From Perna viridis (taxonomy: Eukaryota), in the NCBI GenBank assembly GCA_037379345.1, contig CM074514.1, forward strand, positions 20,832,001-20,896,000: a stretch of DNA of 64,000 nt. Reading direction: 5' to 3'. The translations under genes and the position numbers were made by a program. Shown one piece after another: positions 49,201-62,329 of this stretch. A model generated the notes under the pieces. That model ran no database searches, was not told where the DNA came from, and saw only the letters and a program-made list of their open reading frames with translations. Position 1 is the stretch's first letter. Every line of letters begins with the position of its first letter.

Positions 49201-52200
49201 CTATTGCATGGCTTCTTTGGCAAATGGATGATGTTTTACACTATGAAGAAGGATTCTTATTTCAAGCCTCGTCATGAAAGTCTTGAGGGAATCCATTCTA
49301 ACAACACATTCAGTGGTAATTAATCTTAAAGAACCCATTGAAAACTACTAGTCCTGTATGATAAATTAATATGATGTCGTGACCACAACGATGGTTCTAA
49401 TCTAACAACCGTTATGTAACTCCTACGGTTACGGAAGTGTTTATCAACATCAATGAAAAACTAGGGTTTCTGAATGGAATTTTTAGATGACGAAATTGTT
49501 GACAATTTGACTATCATCATCAACTGTTGTCATGATATCTACCATAAAGTACACGATCAACTTAAACTAAAATCAAGGACAACAAAAACTAAAAGAAGAC
49601 AAAATCAGGACGAAAAAACCAATCAGTTTTGCCAACTAACAAAAACCTCACTCAAAGAGACTATCAGCAACTTCTTTAGCAACAAGGACCATGAACACAA
49701 ATTGGGTATGTGTCCCGTGTCGCGCAGATTCTCGTAACATACACGTCAAAGAAAAATATGAAAGAAATTTATGTATGACCTTATCGTTGAATGGTGGTGA
49801 TTTGTTTATGAAACATAGCTTAATTACCATTCTTTTCTTGCTCATTTTAATCAGCCGTTACTTTGGAGTTTTAGAAGTTTGGACGAAGTTGAATGCTACA
49901 TTTGTAGAATAAAGAAAGGTTTGGTGATTGTTTACTATAGATATTTGTTGACTTTTCGTATACAGTAAAAATATTTAAGATCACTCACGAATAATGTCTT
50001 GTACAGAGACCAAATGACGTGGAAATAGATTTTTGGTTGTCGAAAAAATATCATGACAAGTACAGAATCGCTATGTCTTGTTGTTTATAACATTAACTAA
50101 TACTTCTTAGTAATTGTTGATAATAATGTTTTTTTCCATGTTAGCAATTCCGGGTAATATTAATGTTGCCAGTGTTATAACCTACATAAATATTTTTGTC
50201 TTCCATTCTTCATACTTGCAATGATTGATATCACCTACGTTTTAGGAAGTATTTGTTATCGTCATTGGTGAAATAAGGCCTTTGATCTACAGCAATAACA
50301 ACATATTCCCCTGTATTGGTCTCTGGTTTGTCGTGCATACTCCGAACAAAGTCAATCAATGCATGGTAATCTCCGAGGAAAACGTAAACTGTGAGAACAA
50401 AAAAAATAGATACGGGAATAAAATCGTTGTGGTCATAAGTTGCCACAAATGATGATACCATTAACTAAAGTGATTGTAGGTATCTATAAATAAAAATGAA
50501 CTGTTGAAAGCTATAATACAAATTACAGTAAAGGAATTTACATAAGACCCTCTGTAAATTGTGATATTATGATGGGGAGTAATGTCCTGGAAGCATGCTT
50601 TTAGTACAATCTGTCATATTTACTTAAAACACAACATTTCCCTTGGATGTAATTATTTCAATGTCGTTTATAGCTTCCTGTCGAAATTCCATTTCTGTAT
50701 TGTTCTATTGTTTTACAGTAGTAAACTTTAGCAGCCTTCCTTTTATTGAGAAACCCATTAACGATCATTAAAATAAAAACAAAGCTCTCCGATTACTAAA
50801 AGTTCTGCTTTTATCCATTTAGTACGACATTGGAACCTTCTCCGCATTCTATAATGTGAACTTAATTGTATAATAGACTGACTTGCTATCATCTATTAAC
50901 CACTTACTTCTGGTGTGTTTGAATGTTTTGTCTAATAATCTCTTCATTTCAGAGTTCTTCACATCTGAAGAGGGCTGTTGTATAATGTATTTATATGGTT
51001 CATCAAACGTCTCAATCTGTGTAATTGATATTCCATTTTCCCGCGCTAATGTTGACAAACTATCAGCTGTTTTATTCCAGACTGGCGAGGAACCGACGAT
51101 TAACGTGAGTATTTTCCATTGATAGTGCTGTATCAATGATATAATAGACTTGGAGACCTTTGAGGTAGACGGTTGGATGCGGATAAACGTTCGTCTCTCT
51201 TTGTCGCTATAAATATCTGGTTCACAAGACGACGAATCGTGACAACGCTGAAAGAAATAATCTTTTAATAAATAATGTACCAATTACAATAGATAAAAAT
51301 TATATTTTGAGTGCAGCTGTAAAGTAACCTTTCTGCACTATTCGCGGAACGGAAAACATGGATCTAATAAGGGAAATATTGTAATTATCACCCATCCTCC
51401 GGAGAAGCAATTTACATCAATTTTCTTTTTTTATATGGTGAATAGAAAACAAAACAAATATTATATACTCAAGATATGGAAAAGTTTCAAAATGTTTCTA
51501 CAAACCAAAATTAACCTGTCCACTTGAAGCCGTTATTGTCCAAAACTACTTCCGGGGTGTACCGGTATTAAGTATTTTGATAGCGGTGGTTGTTCTTTAC
51601 AAGGAAGTTGAGATGGTAATAAAAAGCTTCAACCAAAACAGCTGAAGTGTCTATACTCACAGACATGATAAAACCCACGTCCTTATAATAATCAGTTTCC
51701 AGACAAGCTACATCTTTTTTAAACGAAACTAATTTATTTTTGTTTTTTCTTTGCATCATGTTCGTAATCAATTAAACTCTGAATTTTTGCTATCTTGTAC
51801 AACTACTTGTAACAATAATTTAATTTCAGATGTAACACGATTTAGAATTCTGGTTGGTTAAAAATCACCTCACTGACCAAATTTTGTAATGTGACAGTGA
51901 AGTCATCAACTTTTTTGCTGAATTATTCGTTAGATTTTGATACTAAGATTAAAACAGCTACAAAGTTTATTTAGTGAGTGCCACGTGATTGAGGTTATTT
52001 CCTCATAGACCTAAAAATTAAAACAGTCATTTCTTAAACAATGACAGAAATGGGGAGATACATGTAAAACAACACTCCATAAATTTTGATTAAATCATTT
52101 ATTAATTGCACATATATTCAAACTTGAGAAATTAGAAACAGTGATGCAAACAAAGAACTTACCATCCAAACACCACAGTTATTGATAGGCAAATCTTCTT

Positions 52201-52913
52201 AAAATTAGACTTTAGAAAAAAAAAAACTATTTAAATGTAATTATCCTCCAGATACATGTGGTTATATAAACAAGTGGGTTTCTTTACAAACGTAATTATC
52301 CACTTTAAATAACATGAAAAAAAAATTAAGAAGTTTTCAACTTTCGGGCAAACGATTCTAGGAAAATAATAAGTCAATGGATTATTTTTGATAGTGTGTA
52401 GATTTTGCATTTTAATTTCAGATTATCTGTTGAAACAATACATACAACTGTTATAATAATAAAGCATTTCTGCATACTCGTTGTATCAAAATTTGACCAA
52501 AAAACTGGTTTATAGTCGGCAATTTTATTTCGTAAAATTAAATTGATTTTATTTGCTATTACAGAAGTGTGGAGTTTCGGCGGATGCTTTCGGTTATTGG
52601 TCTATATGTACTTTATGATACCATCACAGGAAAGTAATGTTAAGAGCTGATTCTTGACTTCCTAATGACAGTCTTGAGAGATAATGAGTTGCATCCCAGC
52701 TGTGTAACCGACTAAGAACAGAAAAATGCACGAACATTCCGGAATAGCATTTCCTGTTTGTTATCATTGTCGAATAATCTGAATTTATTCTAGAACAACA
52801 TTTTTCAAGAAGTATGTCATTCTTTTCAATAACAACAAATATAATATTCAGTAATACGACAAATGCTGAATAAACAAGCATGCGATAAGTTATAAACAGT
52901 TTCCAACTTTAAG

Positions 52914-52968
<55 letters not shown>

Positions 52969-55900
52969 ATTGAAATAGATTACGTAAGTACAAAATTACA
53001 AAAAAAATACCCAAATTGGACAAAAGGAAGAGTATTGTTTCTGTGACCGACAATACAAAACTTAAGTTCTATATAGCTAGTTTACTTTGTGTTCGCATCG
53101 ATGAGACTGAACAAACTGGCAGTTGCCACAAAACAAAATAAAGTTAGACAATTTCAAAAGGGGCAATTCACCTTATCGTTGTCGTAAAGGAGGAAAAGTA
53201 ATAATGATGTTGTCTACAACAGTTTAGGAGATTTTACTACTACAACAAAAATTATAATCGCCATGTGAAATATAAAACTAGAATGTAATTAGTACTAAAT
53301 AGAAAATAAATTTGATTGTATAGGAAATGTTTGGTGAATTTAAACACTTGAATTTATTTGTACTTTGATTAAACATTTGAACGAACTCACCGTTTTGGTA
53401 TCGGGGTATCAATTGTAATTCAAATTAAAATTTTATCTTATAGAACAATTATCTAGACCCTTATATGTAAATACATGTACAAGGTTATCAAAACAAAAGT
53501 TTGTACTAAACTGGTCCCTAGATTAGTACCAATTTGCTCCCATTCTGTATGATAATGTTCATCTGGTTTTCCGAATGTTGTAAGTTTGTGTAAATATTAA
53601 CATCCTCTAGTAAAGAAAACAACAACTGTTATAAAGAATATCAAAATGATATTCATGATGTTCTATTTTTGTTCTTTGGTTAAAGAAATGTTTTGTTTAT
53701 TACTGATTAATTTATTTATAAACTGACATAGAATGTTGTGAACAGACATTATCTCACTGTTATATCAGTGGCTAAGTCAGATATCACGGAAAGACCAGGG
53801 CGAAACAAATTATGGTTTAAAACAAACAAAACTAATTTCAGTATTGACTTTCCAAATCGTAAATTCTTCATAATCGCCATCAATGTTCAAAATTCGTTTT
53901 TTGAGGGTTTTAACTACTACGAATATGTCAAACAAACTGTGAGAATAATACAATGTTATTACATTGTAACTGACCATCTCATTCCCTTCGTATTTCTACT
54001 AAAAGCCAGGCCAACAATTTTAAGATAACTTTTTAGAGTAAAAATAAATATCCAGAAAAAAACTTTGAAAGAACTTCTATAATATCTCAGTGCACCCGCA
54101 AATAAATAGAAAGACGATCTGTTGATAACGCAAAAATCAAATAAATGAGAAGTTTTGGAAGAACAGTCACTTTTTTGATCGTACGCAACCAATTCTGTTA
54201 GGATTATACACTTATTATAACAATATTAGCGACTTAAAAAGTAAATATTGTTAATTGAATATGCCAAAGAAGAAATATTATAGATAGCATTCAAGCCATA
54301 AAATGGAGTCGAAAATGTGATACTATAATGGAAACATGACGTAAAACAACAGACAATCACAAAGAAAGACTTCCGAATCAATTTAAATCGCTGCACTTTA
54401 CAAGGACAACATGATTGTATTTAAACTATTATATTGTAATAACAATGAATAAATTAAATGTCGTCAGATTCTACTGGTACATTAGAAAAAATGGTACATG
54501 TCTATGTAAGTAGAGAAAGAATGAAAGATCAATGTTCCTGATTTTAACATGACAAGATTTTGTTTCAATTTAGTATGCGTTTATGCCTTTCGTGTTTTTG
54601 TGCATGTCTTTGGCTTTGTGTTTACACTTCACCTACACGGTTGAATAAAATAGTAATCATTCGTGAAAATATTATCTGATTGATCATTTGTTGATCACAC
54701 TACTAAGTATTGGTATAAAACATTACTCCAGTATAATTCTAGAAATTATAATGGCGCTGTTTTGTTACCCGTTGAAGTCAAACCAGAGAATTATTTTAAA
54801 ATAAACAGTACATTTTTAATTGGCACAAGGAATTATTTCCACCAAAGTACATGCAAATATGTTCAGGATTAAGACGACATATTCAACAATATACAGAGAA
54901 ATTCGTCTTTATGTTAGATAAATATCATGTTTGTCCGCAGGAAACAAAATACAATTTCAATGGTGAACTAATATTTGAAAAAAAATCAAGGAAATACATT
55001 TCTTAAGATTTAAACGGAATCAAGTGAACATTCCGTGTGTGGTATTGACATTCAGTGTATCCACTCCCCCAAGTGTAAGGTCTATTATAATCTGATATGC
55101 AAATAGAAATACAACATCTGGCTTATTCGATGATTTATGGTATAGATTTAGAAGTTTGTAATGATACCCGTGACGCATATATACTGTTCCAGAGATTCAT
55201 GCACTTTAAATTCACATCGATTGTGTATATTTTATCATCTTATATCTTCTGGTCTGAACCATTCACTTTATAAATAAAAAAGTAGAAGACCTGGAACAAA
55301 GGGAAAGTACCATATTGTTGTCCGAATATTTAAAAAATAATGCCAATAATCCATGTTTGCTCTTAATTCTAACAGTTTTCTCAGTGTATCCATCCATTTT
55401 AAAGCAACTCACATTACTATTTCTATATTCAAACAAGCCTGGATTGCTACTTTTTCTGTCTTTAAACAAATTCATATTACTATTACGTATTTTAAGCAAG
55501 CCCGAATTGCTACTTCTAATTATTTAAGCATGCTCAGGTGGCTTTTTCTAATTCAAAGCAAGCCCGGTTTGCTATTTCTAATTCAAAACAAGTCCGAATG
55601 TTTTTGTTTTTTAAATATGATATTTCTAACACGAAAGCCAAAGCAAGTCTGGATTGCAATATCTAGTTTTTAGTAAGCCCATATCGTATTTTCCCAATTG
55701 CATACGGCTTTTGTTTTTCTTTATCTCAGGCTTTTTATTTGTCCCTTGACAAAGGTAGGACATTCATTTCTTCATCAATATTTTCCTTCATCAAATCTGC
55801 TAAAATTCTTTATTTACTTTACCAATCATTGCCATAAAATTGAATAATTTTACAATTTTGTGTTTTCATGTACGTTTATCCGTTTTAGGACCATGATCTA

Positions 55901-58900
55901 CAGTTATCCACCTTAATCATTTTTGCATTCCTTAACAGATAAAACAGGGCTTTGGGGTGTTTTAAAGACTTCGCAAGTCCACTTTAATTTTTGACATCCA
56001 TTTCTACCAATAAAGCTATGCGTCACTTTTATGTATTATCTGAACAAACCACATTCAAATTCCAGCCAACAAAGTCAATACCCAACAATAGGAGCTATCG
56101 TTTGAATTCTATGTAATATATGATTGATTAAAACAGAGTCAGTGCTCGAATTTATGTAAAAGTACGACGCTTTTCTTATTGTTTGATATTTGTGTAAATA
56201 TTTTGGTAGTGACCGAGTTCTCCCGGAACATGGTAAATAAACAACAGTATGGTCAATGATTGAAATACATGTAATATATTTACAATTTCAAACTAAAAGT
56301 CAAACAAATAATGTACAAGTAATTATAGATACTTAGGATATAAAAAGAGCACTTGTCAGCTTTATTGATTTTCACATGTTGTATTATAAGAAGTATATAA
56401 TGAAGAGCAAATCGACGATAACATTTTTCAAAGATTTTAAAAGCACAGTACATGTACATGTACTTGTAGCTATATGTATAATAATTTGACAAAAGGTCAA
56501 TATCGGAGGATTGTATTTCGGGTTGGTTTCAACTGAATATACGACCCCAGGATACGGCCTCAGTACTTGTTAATGTAGCACTTAGATTGATTGACAAATT
56601 TGAATTGTATTTATCTATAACGTAGTTATACCATACTTTAAACATGCTAAATATCCTTGAACTCAAATTACAAATCCTTACATTGTCATAATTTACTAAG
56701 ATCTCACCGAGTTTATAATGAAAGGCATCATTACCAGTGTATAGTTGGTAAAGTTATACTAAACTGTTGATATTTAGGCTAATATGAGATAAATAAGCCC
56801 AGTCAAATGGCTAATTAGAAACCAACTGAATGCTGGTATGTTTAACTGTATTATTTCTCTACTTGTTTTTTCGTATGTTTCAATTATAACAGAGTACCTG
56901 TATACAACGTACACCAACAATGATGATATAAAATGAAATATAAAAGAACGACAATATGGCCTAGATCGGGAGGCCTAAAAGCTCTAGGTAGGGAGACATA
57001 AAATGTTTTGGAAGCCTAAAATCTCTACGTCGGGAAACTTAAAAGCTCTTGGTCAGGAGATATAAAATGTTTTGATCGGGAAACCTAAAGGTCTTGAAAG
57101 GGAAATTTATAAGTTATAGGTCAGGAACCATATAAAGGTCTAGATGGGGAAACTTAAAAACTGTAGGTAAGGACACCTAAAGGCTCTAGGTCTGGAAATC
57201 GAACATGGCTAGGTCAGGAAACCTAAACGCTCTAGATCGGGAAACTTAAATAAAATGTTGCTAAAATAAATCAAACTAAACTGATACTTGCACTTCACAA
57301 ATTAAGCACTAAATGGAAGCAACCATTTTCACCATATACATCTCCCTGCTTTGTACTATAAAGTTTACCCACGGTAGACTAATCTTAACCTCCCACTGTA
57401 GTGTAGACATACAATTTAGACAATATTGTCTCAATCATTTGGAATAATTGCCATTCTTAACGGAAGTTTACGTCCCTCTGTTCATTACAAACTTATTTCT
57501 TTGTTATCATCTGATGGTTTATATTTGTTTTCTGTCCATTTCGTATTTTCCCAGAAATTATGATGTCAGTTCCATTTAGATCATATCTGTTATCAAAATG
57601 TCACGACAGACGAAGGAAAAAAAATCAAACAAGAATAGATACGACATGAAAGTGGTTGTTAAGTAATTGTCAAAAGATAAAGTTCTTATTTGAGGGTATT
57701 TTTCCGACATTTATGTTCTTAACATTTCTATGAAAAGCAATAATAGTTCTGTTGGCCTTTATTTATTGCCTGCTACATCTTTTTTCAAGTTACAGGTATT
57801 ATGGTGATAAAGATTGCAAAAAGCGATGATATGTTATTTTGTGAAAAACACCGGCTTTACATTTTTCAAGAGACACTGAATGAACTTTTTGTTTACAATG
57901 CATACATTATAGTACTCTATCTGATGTGAATCAAACATATCCTACAATACATAGAACAATTCACTGACCTTTTTTATGGTAAATTAAATTAATTGCGTCC
58001 CAAAATAATCCATATCCTAGGGAGAATAAACTCTGTAGTTATAGTTGGAAAAAACAACATTCTTTTATAATTTGATCAATCAGAAAATTAAACTAAATTT
58101 GTCCTTATATTAGGATGAGACACTTTTGAATTGGACATGAGCAGCTCAGCAGGTGTTGCCTGAAAAACAGAGCCCCCCTTATCCTGTCGGTGCACCTAGT
58201 CCATGCTCCCAGTTTTAAGTGAAGTCCGGATTGCTGATTTTCTTTCGTTTCAAAGTACGTGATATTTTGGTTATTTTGTCGTGTATATTGTCTTTGACTA
58301 GTCGTTATTTCTGGATTATACATGTACTGGTCTCCTCTATTTCCCCTTGTCTAGTTGTTATTTCTGGATTATGCTGGTTCCCTCTATTTCCCATTGTCAT
58401 TGTACTATAGAGAGATTACAATTTGTCATTGAACTGTGGATAGACAACTTCTTGTCATTTGACTTGGGCGGGGCCACTTTTTGTCATTAGGACTAGGAGA
58501 GATAAACTATCATTGAACTGTGGATAGACAACTTCTTGTCATTTGACTTGGGCGAGGCAACTTTTTGTCATTAGGAATAGGAGAGATAAACTATCATTGA
58601 ACTGTGGATAGACAACTTCTTGTCATCTGACTTGGGCGAGGCCACTTTTTGTCATTAGGACTAGGAGAGATAAACTATCATTGGATTATGGAGAAATAAT
58701 CTACGTCATAGGACTTCGAGAAACGTTCGCCACTGACAAATCGTAGTCATACGACTTGAGAGGATCAGCCTGTGTCATAGGACCAGGGATATATTATCTT
58801 TGTCACAGGATAAACGATGTTGATAGTTAAGATCTTTGACATTGGGCTTTAGACGGTCAACCATGGTCATAGTACTACGGGGAGCGTTATTGGGCTAGGG

Positions 58901-61900
58901 ATAAATAAGGGTTTTTTTTACAATGTAACAGAAAGTTTTCACTGTAGAGATACATTGTCATATTTAGGAAGGACCATTTTCAAAGATATAAGCACCACCG
59001 TGCTTTAGGACTTAAAATAATTATTCATTGCATCATGAGTCTAATTGTGAAAAGTTGAGAGAACATTAAATAAAAAGAATTAAAATTTGATTAAACATAC
59101 AGTGATATGGTAACGAGATACTTAGATTAAAGGCACATAAGACTGAGCAGTATTGTACCTTAGCAATTACATATAACGAATTCATTTGTATTTAAATCAA
59201 TATTACTAGTATGTGAAATACAACAGCAGAGTGGTATCCCGGTAGTTCCATTAAGTACAGCAGCTTCCGAGAATATACATTTCATGTAATTTGCCAGGGT
59301 GAAGACTTATCCTTGGAAAAAAAAACAAGGAAGTTTAAAGTAAAAACCTTTTTTTTTAATTTCTTTATAAAAACAAGTTTACAAGTTTCTAAAATGGATT
59401 GAATCTAAGAAATTATATTATAAATGAATTGTAATTAGTGTACATGTAATGTGATGACACTTGAAACATTATCATTAAGAGACCAGTATAAGACAGTCTG
59501 TGCATGATATAACAAAATCTTATGAAATGAAGTTCTTTATTAAACAGTGTGAGAATTGTGAACAACCTGTTATAACTAAACATGTGCATTTACCATTCAT
59601 TACTAAATATGCTCCACAAAAATTTCTTTTTTTTTCGAAATGGGAAAAAAATCCAGATGTGTTTGAATTAATAACAGAAAGTAGCAGATTTTAGATACAT
59701 CAACAGAACAGAACTCAAATTTGACAATATCAGCTAAGACTTTCAATAAATCTCCATTGTATTCATTTTTTTTTAAAGTGCTCCTTTCTCTTTTTTGTGA
59801 AGTATAATTATATATACTCACTCTATGAGATTAGGCTATCATTATTCATGTTATATTGTATATAACGTCATTTATTGTTAATGAGTTAATGCCAATAAAG
59901 CATTGTATTGTATTATATAAAAATAAGTAAAAAAATTATAAAAGAAATGAGGGGAAATCATTTATTTTCGTTGTTTCTATTCTATTCAACTAGAACATTC
60001 TCTAGAAAAGTATTATGAGCTTAAGGAGTATTTCATGCCCGGTTGTCATGTTAACTTAAACAAAAGATATTTTTATCGCTTGGTTTCCTTAAAAAAGAAA
60101 TTCTATCGTTCTTCTATCAATTTGGAAAAGATATATGATGATGTTCGATAATAGAAAGATTTCAGAACTATTTGTTTTAATTGATACGATTAAGTTCTAT
60201 GCATGTTATGTGTAACTTTATGTAAGTGCCCATTCTATCACTGGCATCAATTCATCAAACTCAGTCAATTTCTATTCTTAGTTAGAAATAGAGAAAAAAT
60301 ATTCAATTCAATGCCAAGCAACTGACATCTTGTATTGTCTTTTTTATCTCCTGAAAGCAATTAATTGATTTCACACAGTTGTCTGATTATGACGACTAAA
60401 CTTACTTAAATGGTAAGAAGATTGCTCGCAGATATATATTGTTATATGTAACATTTTTTTTTCACATTTAACCCTATAAATCTGAACGAAACTGATTTTA
60501 AAACCAAATCTACTTAAATTGTTGATTTCTGACTCTAGTAGGTAGCTTCAAACGAATCGATGACAATTACTTTATCTCACTTATGTGTGAGACACGTTTT
60601 TTGCAATTCTTGCTCTCAGTTTGAATAAAAATGTGTGTCCTTCCACAATCTAGATATGCACTTTTAGTGTCAAAGGAGCGACAATATCTATTTTTGCTCT
60701 TTGTACTTGGAAGGCTTATTAAATGTAAAGGTAAGTACCAAAAATCTTGGTTTTATTTCGGTTGAGAATGTCGCTTATGGCTTGTGGCTATGTTCAAAAT
60801 TTGTTGTTATATCTTCCAAAAGGTACAAATCAATACCATATTGTATTAGCGTAAACAAGTGATTGGTTCTATACGAAAATTAAAATACATAAATCATTGT
60901 AATGAAGAAATTGTCTTTTAGGGTTCACATTACCTTTGTGAATCCAATTCATAAAGCGTTGTTTTTGAAGATTTTTGGATAACACTCCTGCTTCTCATAT
61001 ATTTGATAATGCATGAACCAAAAACTATTTACGCCAACCGTAGTGGTTTACACTATTATTGACAAGGAAACACGTGTGGTTGGTATATTTATTATTCATG
61101 CAGTTTTATCCAAGTATTTTCATTCAATGTTAAAGATTATCGGTCAAGTATATCAGTGATCTATGTAACATTACAACAGGAAGGAAACAAAATGAAACAT
61201 TAATTTTGGATTCACAAATATGGCAGCTATCACACCTGTAACACTTTAAACCGGAAATATTAGATACATGTAACTGACAAAGCTCCAAATAGATTTTTAA
61301 AAAACCTGACCTAGAGAATTTTTATTCTTTTCGTTTAGTTGGCGTTACAGTTTTAATTTTTAGAGCTTTAATATATAATGGGTTCATGTATTTTTTTTTA
61401 GTTTTTCGGTTAAAAATCATTAAAGCTGTGTATATTTTATGTCGAAATGAGTTAACATTTGTTACAATTCAAAAGATACGTCTTGAATATTTAAGTTATT
61501 TTGGAGAAACAAAAAAATTTGAAATAAAGTTTTTGATGGTTGATTAATACTTTTCGAATATAAGAGTATCACAGAAAGCGAATTTGAGATTAATTAAGAT
61601 TTATTCGGATAGGGTTTAAACACATACAGTTAGCTGCTTTATTGACCTGCACATATAGTGTTAATGAACAATTAAACTCTTCAAACGCTGGAAAACCAGA
61701 ATGGGTCAAAACAAAGATATCATTAGCGGTACATGTAATTTCACTCTAATCTGATCGTAAAGGGACCACAATTAAATACAGATAAAATCATGAAAATGTC
61801 TACTATGAATTGAAAGGTCAGTTTTATATTCTATATTAATAGCTATGCACGTATCTGAGACATCAGCATCAGATGCTATCCTCTTAGCAGCATATATAAT

Positions 61901-62329
61901 TAGACCAACAAAACTAAATAATTAAACGAAAAGATACAAACTTACATAAGCAATCATTGGGAGATTCCAGGAAGCGGCGGTGATAGCAGCATGGGAACAC
62001 GTCCCTTCTGGTCCTATAAAACCAATAGTATCATTCACATATAAGTCCGTCATCCCGTGTAAAGCTTTCAAATAGTCATTAGCAGTATCATGGAACATTG
62101 TGTTAATCGTAAAATTTGGTAATATGTTTAAATTCTTCTTAATGTCATCTATAGCCCGATAATAAGCTCCGCCATAAAACTTTCCCATTCCTTGTCCAAT
62201 TGAAACTGAAGCTAAAAACGAAATCTTTAATTCTGTCATTTTTTCCCTATTTTCATGCCTCGATTCTGATACGTATAGCACAGATACAATAAAGACAATT
62301 ATTCCAAAACATGAATTAAGACTCTTCAT
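30898..62329 (-). CDS. Receptor-type (single-pass membrane) guanylyl cyclase, natriuretic-peptide-receptor/Gyc32E/Gyc76C-like; 20 coding exons, ~1213 aa
   Basis: Phase-consistent GT-AG exons: 62329-61946, 51247-50908, 50388-50239, 49097-48916, 48727-48586, 47731-47586, 47192-47093, 46909-46840 (TM), 46081-45970, 43599-43282, 39923-39852, 39211-39049, 38640-38491, 38209-38035, 37750-37610, 36530-36407, 35956-35713, 35471-35373, 32607-32516, 31335-30898 (3642 nt). Signal peptide; ANF-receptor domain ([27 protein letters not shown]); PQDEPDCGF; TM helix; kinase-homology domain ([22 protein letters not shown]); hinge (MEKYANNLE); cyclase ([41 protein letters not shown]). A 5' UTR acceptor at ~62429 implies a further upstream exon. 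Confidence 0.95.
31570..31960 (-). mobile_element. Degenerate Penelope-like 3' fragment in a cyclase intron
   Basis: Reverse complement shows gggtgtttccagaaaagcataggacg...ggtgcacct and RT C-terminal remnants ([11 protein letters not shown]). Confidence 0.6.
32292..32466. repeat. ~175-bp foldback palindrome (MITE-like)
   Basis: Perfect 23-bp inverted arms 32315-32337 and 32421-32443, extended imperfectly inward and outward. Confidence 0.85.
32684..33880. mobile_element. Non-autonomous Helentron-associated element (HINE/CvA-like) with internal repeats
   Basis: Subterminal gctcacctgg (32713) and cagatgagct (33866); terminal hairpin agctcacatcgcctttcggtcagatgagct followed by an A tract; (GAC)n microsatellite at ~33806-33828; recurring core gctaaaccc...gagttatt at ~32967, ~33268 and ~33594. 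Confidence 0.8.
40360..42780. mobile_element. Long-TIR non-autonomous DNA-transposon-like element
   Basis: 40380-40465 is inverted relative to 42670-42770; 40590-40705 is inverted relative to 42310-42390 and 42495-42530; inner inverted pair 41920-41965 and 42178-42225. Confidence 0.7.
41185..41757 (+). mobile_element. 5'-truncated Penelope-like element nested in the long-TIR element
   Basis: Near-identical to 28985-29583 ([22 protein letters not shown]...); ends ttggttcccttgattactct. Confidence 0.88.
42785..43125 (-). mobile_element. Degenerate Penelope-like 3' fragment
   Basis: Reverse complement: tatccatctgcaccatgagaatcgattt...tctagaaaagtagagggcgcttaccctacc...tggtccacgcttccag. Confidence 0.75.
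52915..52967. repeat. (GA)n microsatellite
   Basis: Direct inspection. Confidence 0.95.
55395..55685. repeat. Degenerate ~30-bp minisatellite (ttcaaagcaagcccggattgctatttctaa-like)
   Basis: Recurring aagcaag.cc.ga.tgcta motif about every 30 bp. Confidence 0.75.
56957..57250. repeat. Degenerate ~22-bp minisatellite (ctctaggtcgggaaacctaaaa-like)
   Basis: Roughly a dozen diverged units by inspection. Confidence 0.8.
58130..58320 (+). mobile_element. Degenerate Penelope-like 3' tail
   Basis: atgagcagctcagcaggtgtt...cggtgcacctagtccatgctcccagtttt...gtccggattgct. Confidence 0.7.
58390..58890. repeat. 28-bp minisatellite with an 84-bp higher-order repeat (3 copies, 58426-58680)
   Basis: tcatt-type motif recurs every 28 bp; near-identical 84-bp blocks start at 58426, 58510 and 58594. 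Confidence 0.9.

Noticed and set aside
48290-49740. Intronic ORFs and repeat-like T-rich/A-rich tracts around cyclase exons 4-5
   Set aside because: Look like very old retroelement tails; too degenerate to assign and no coding signal.
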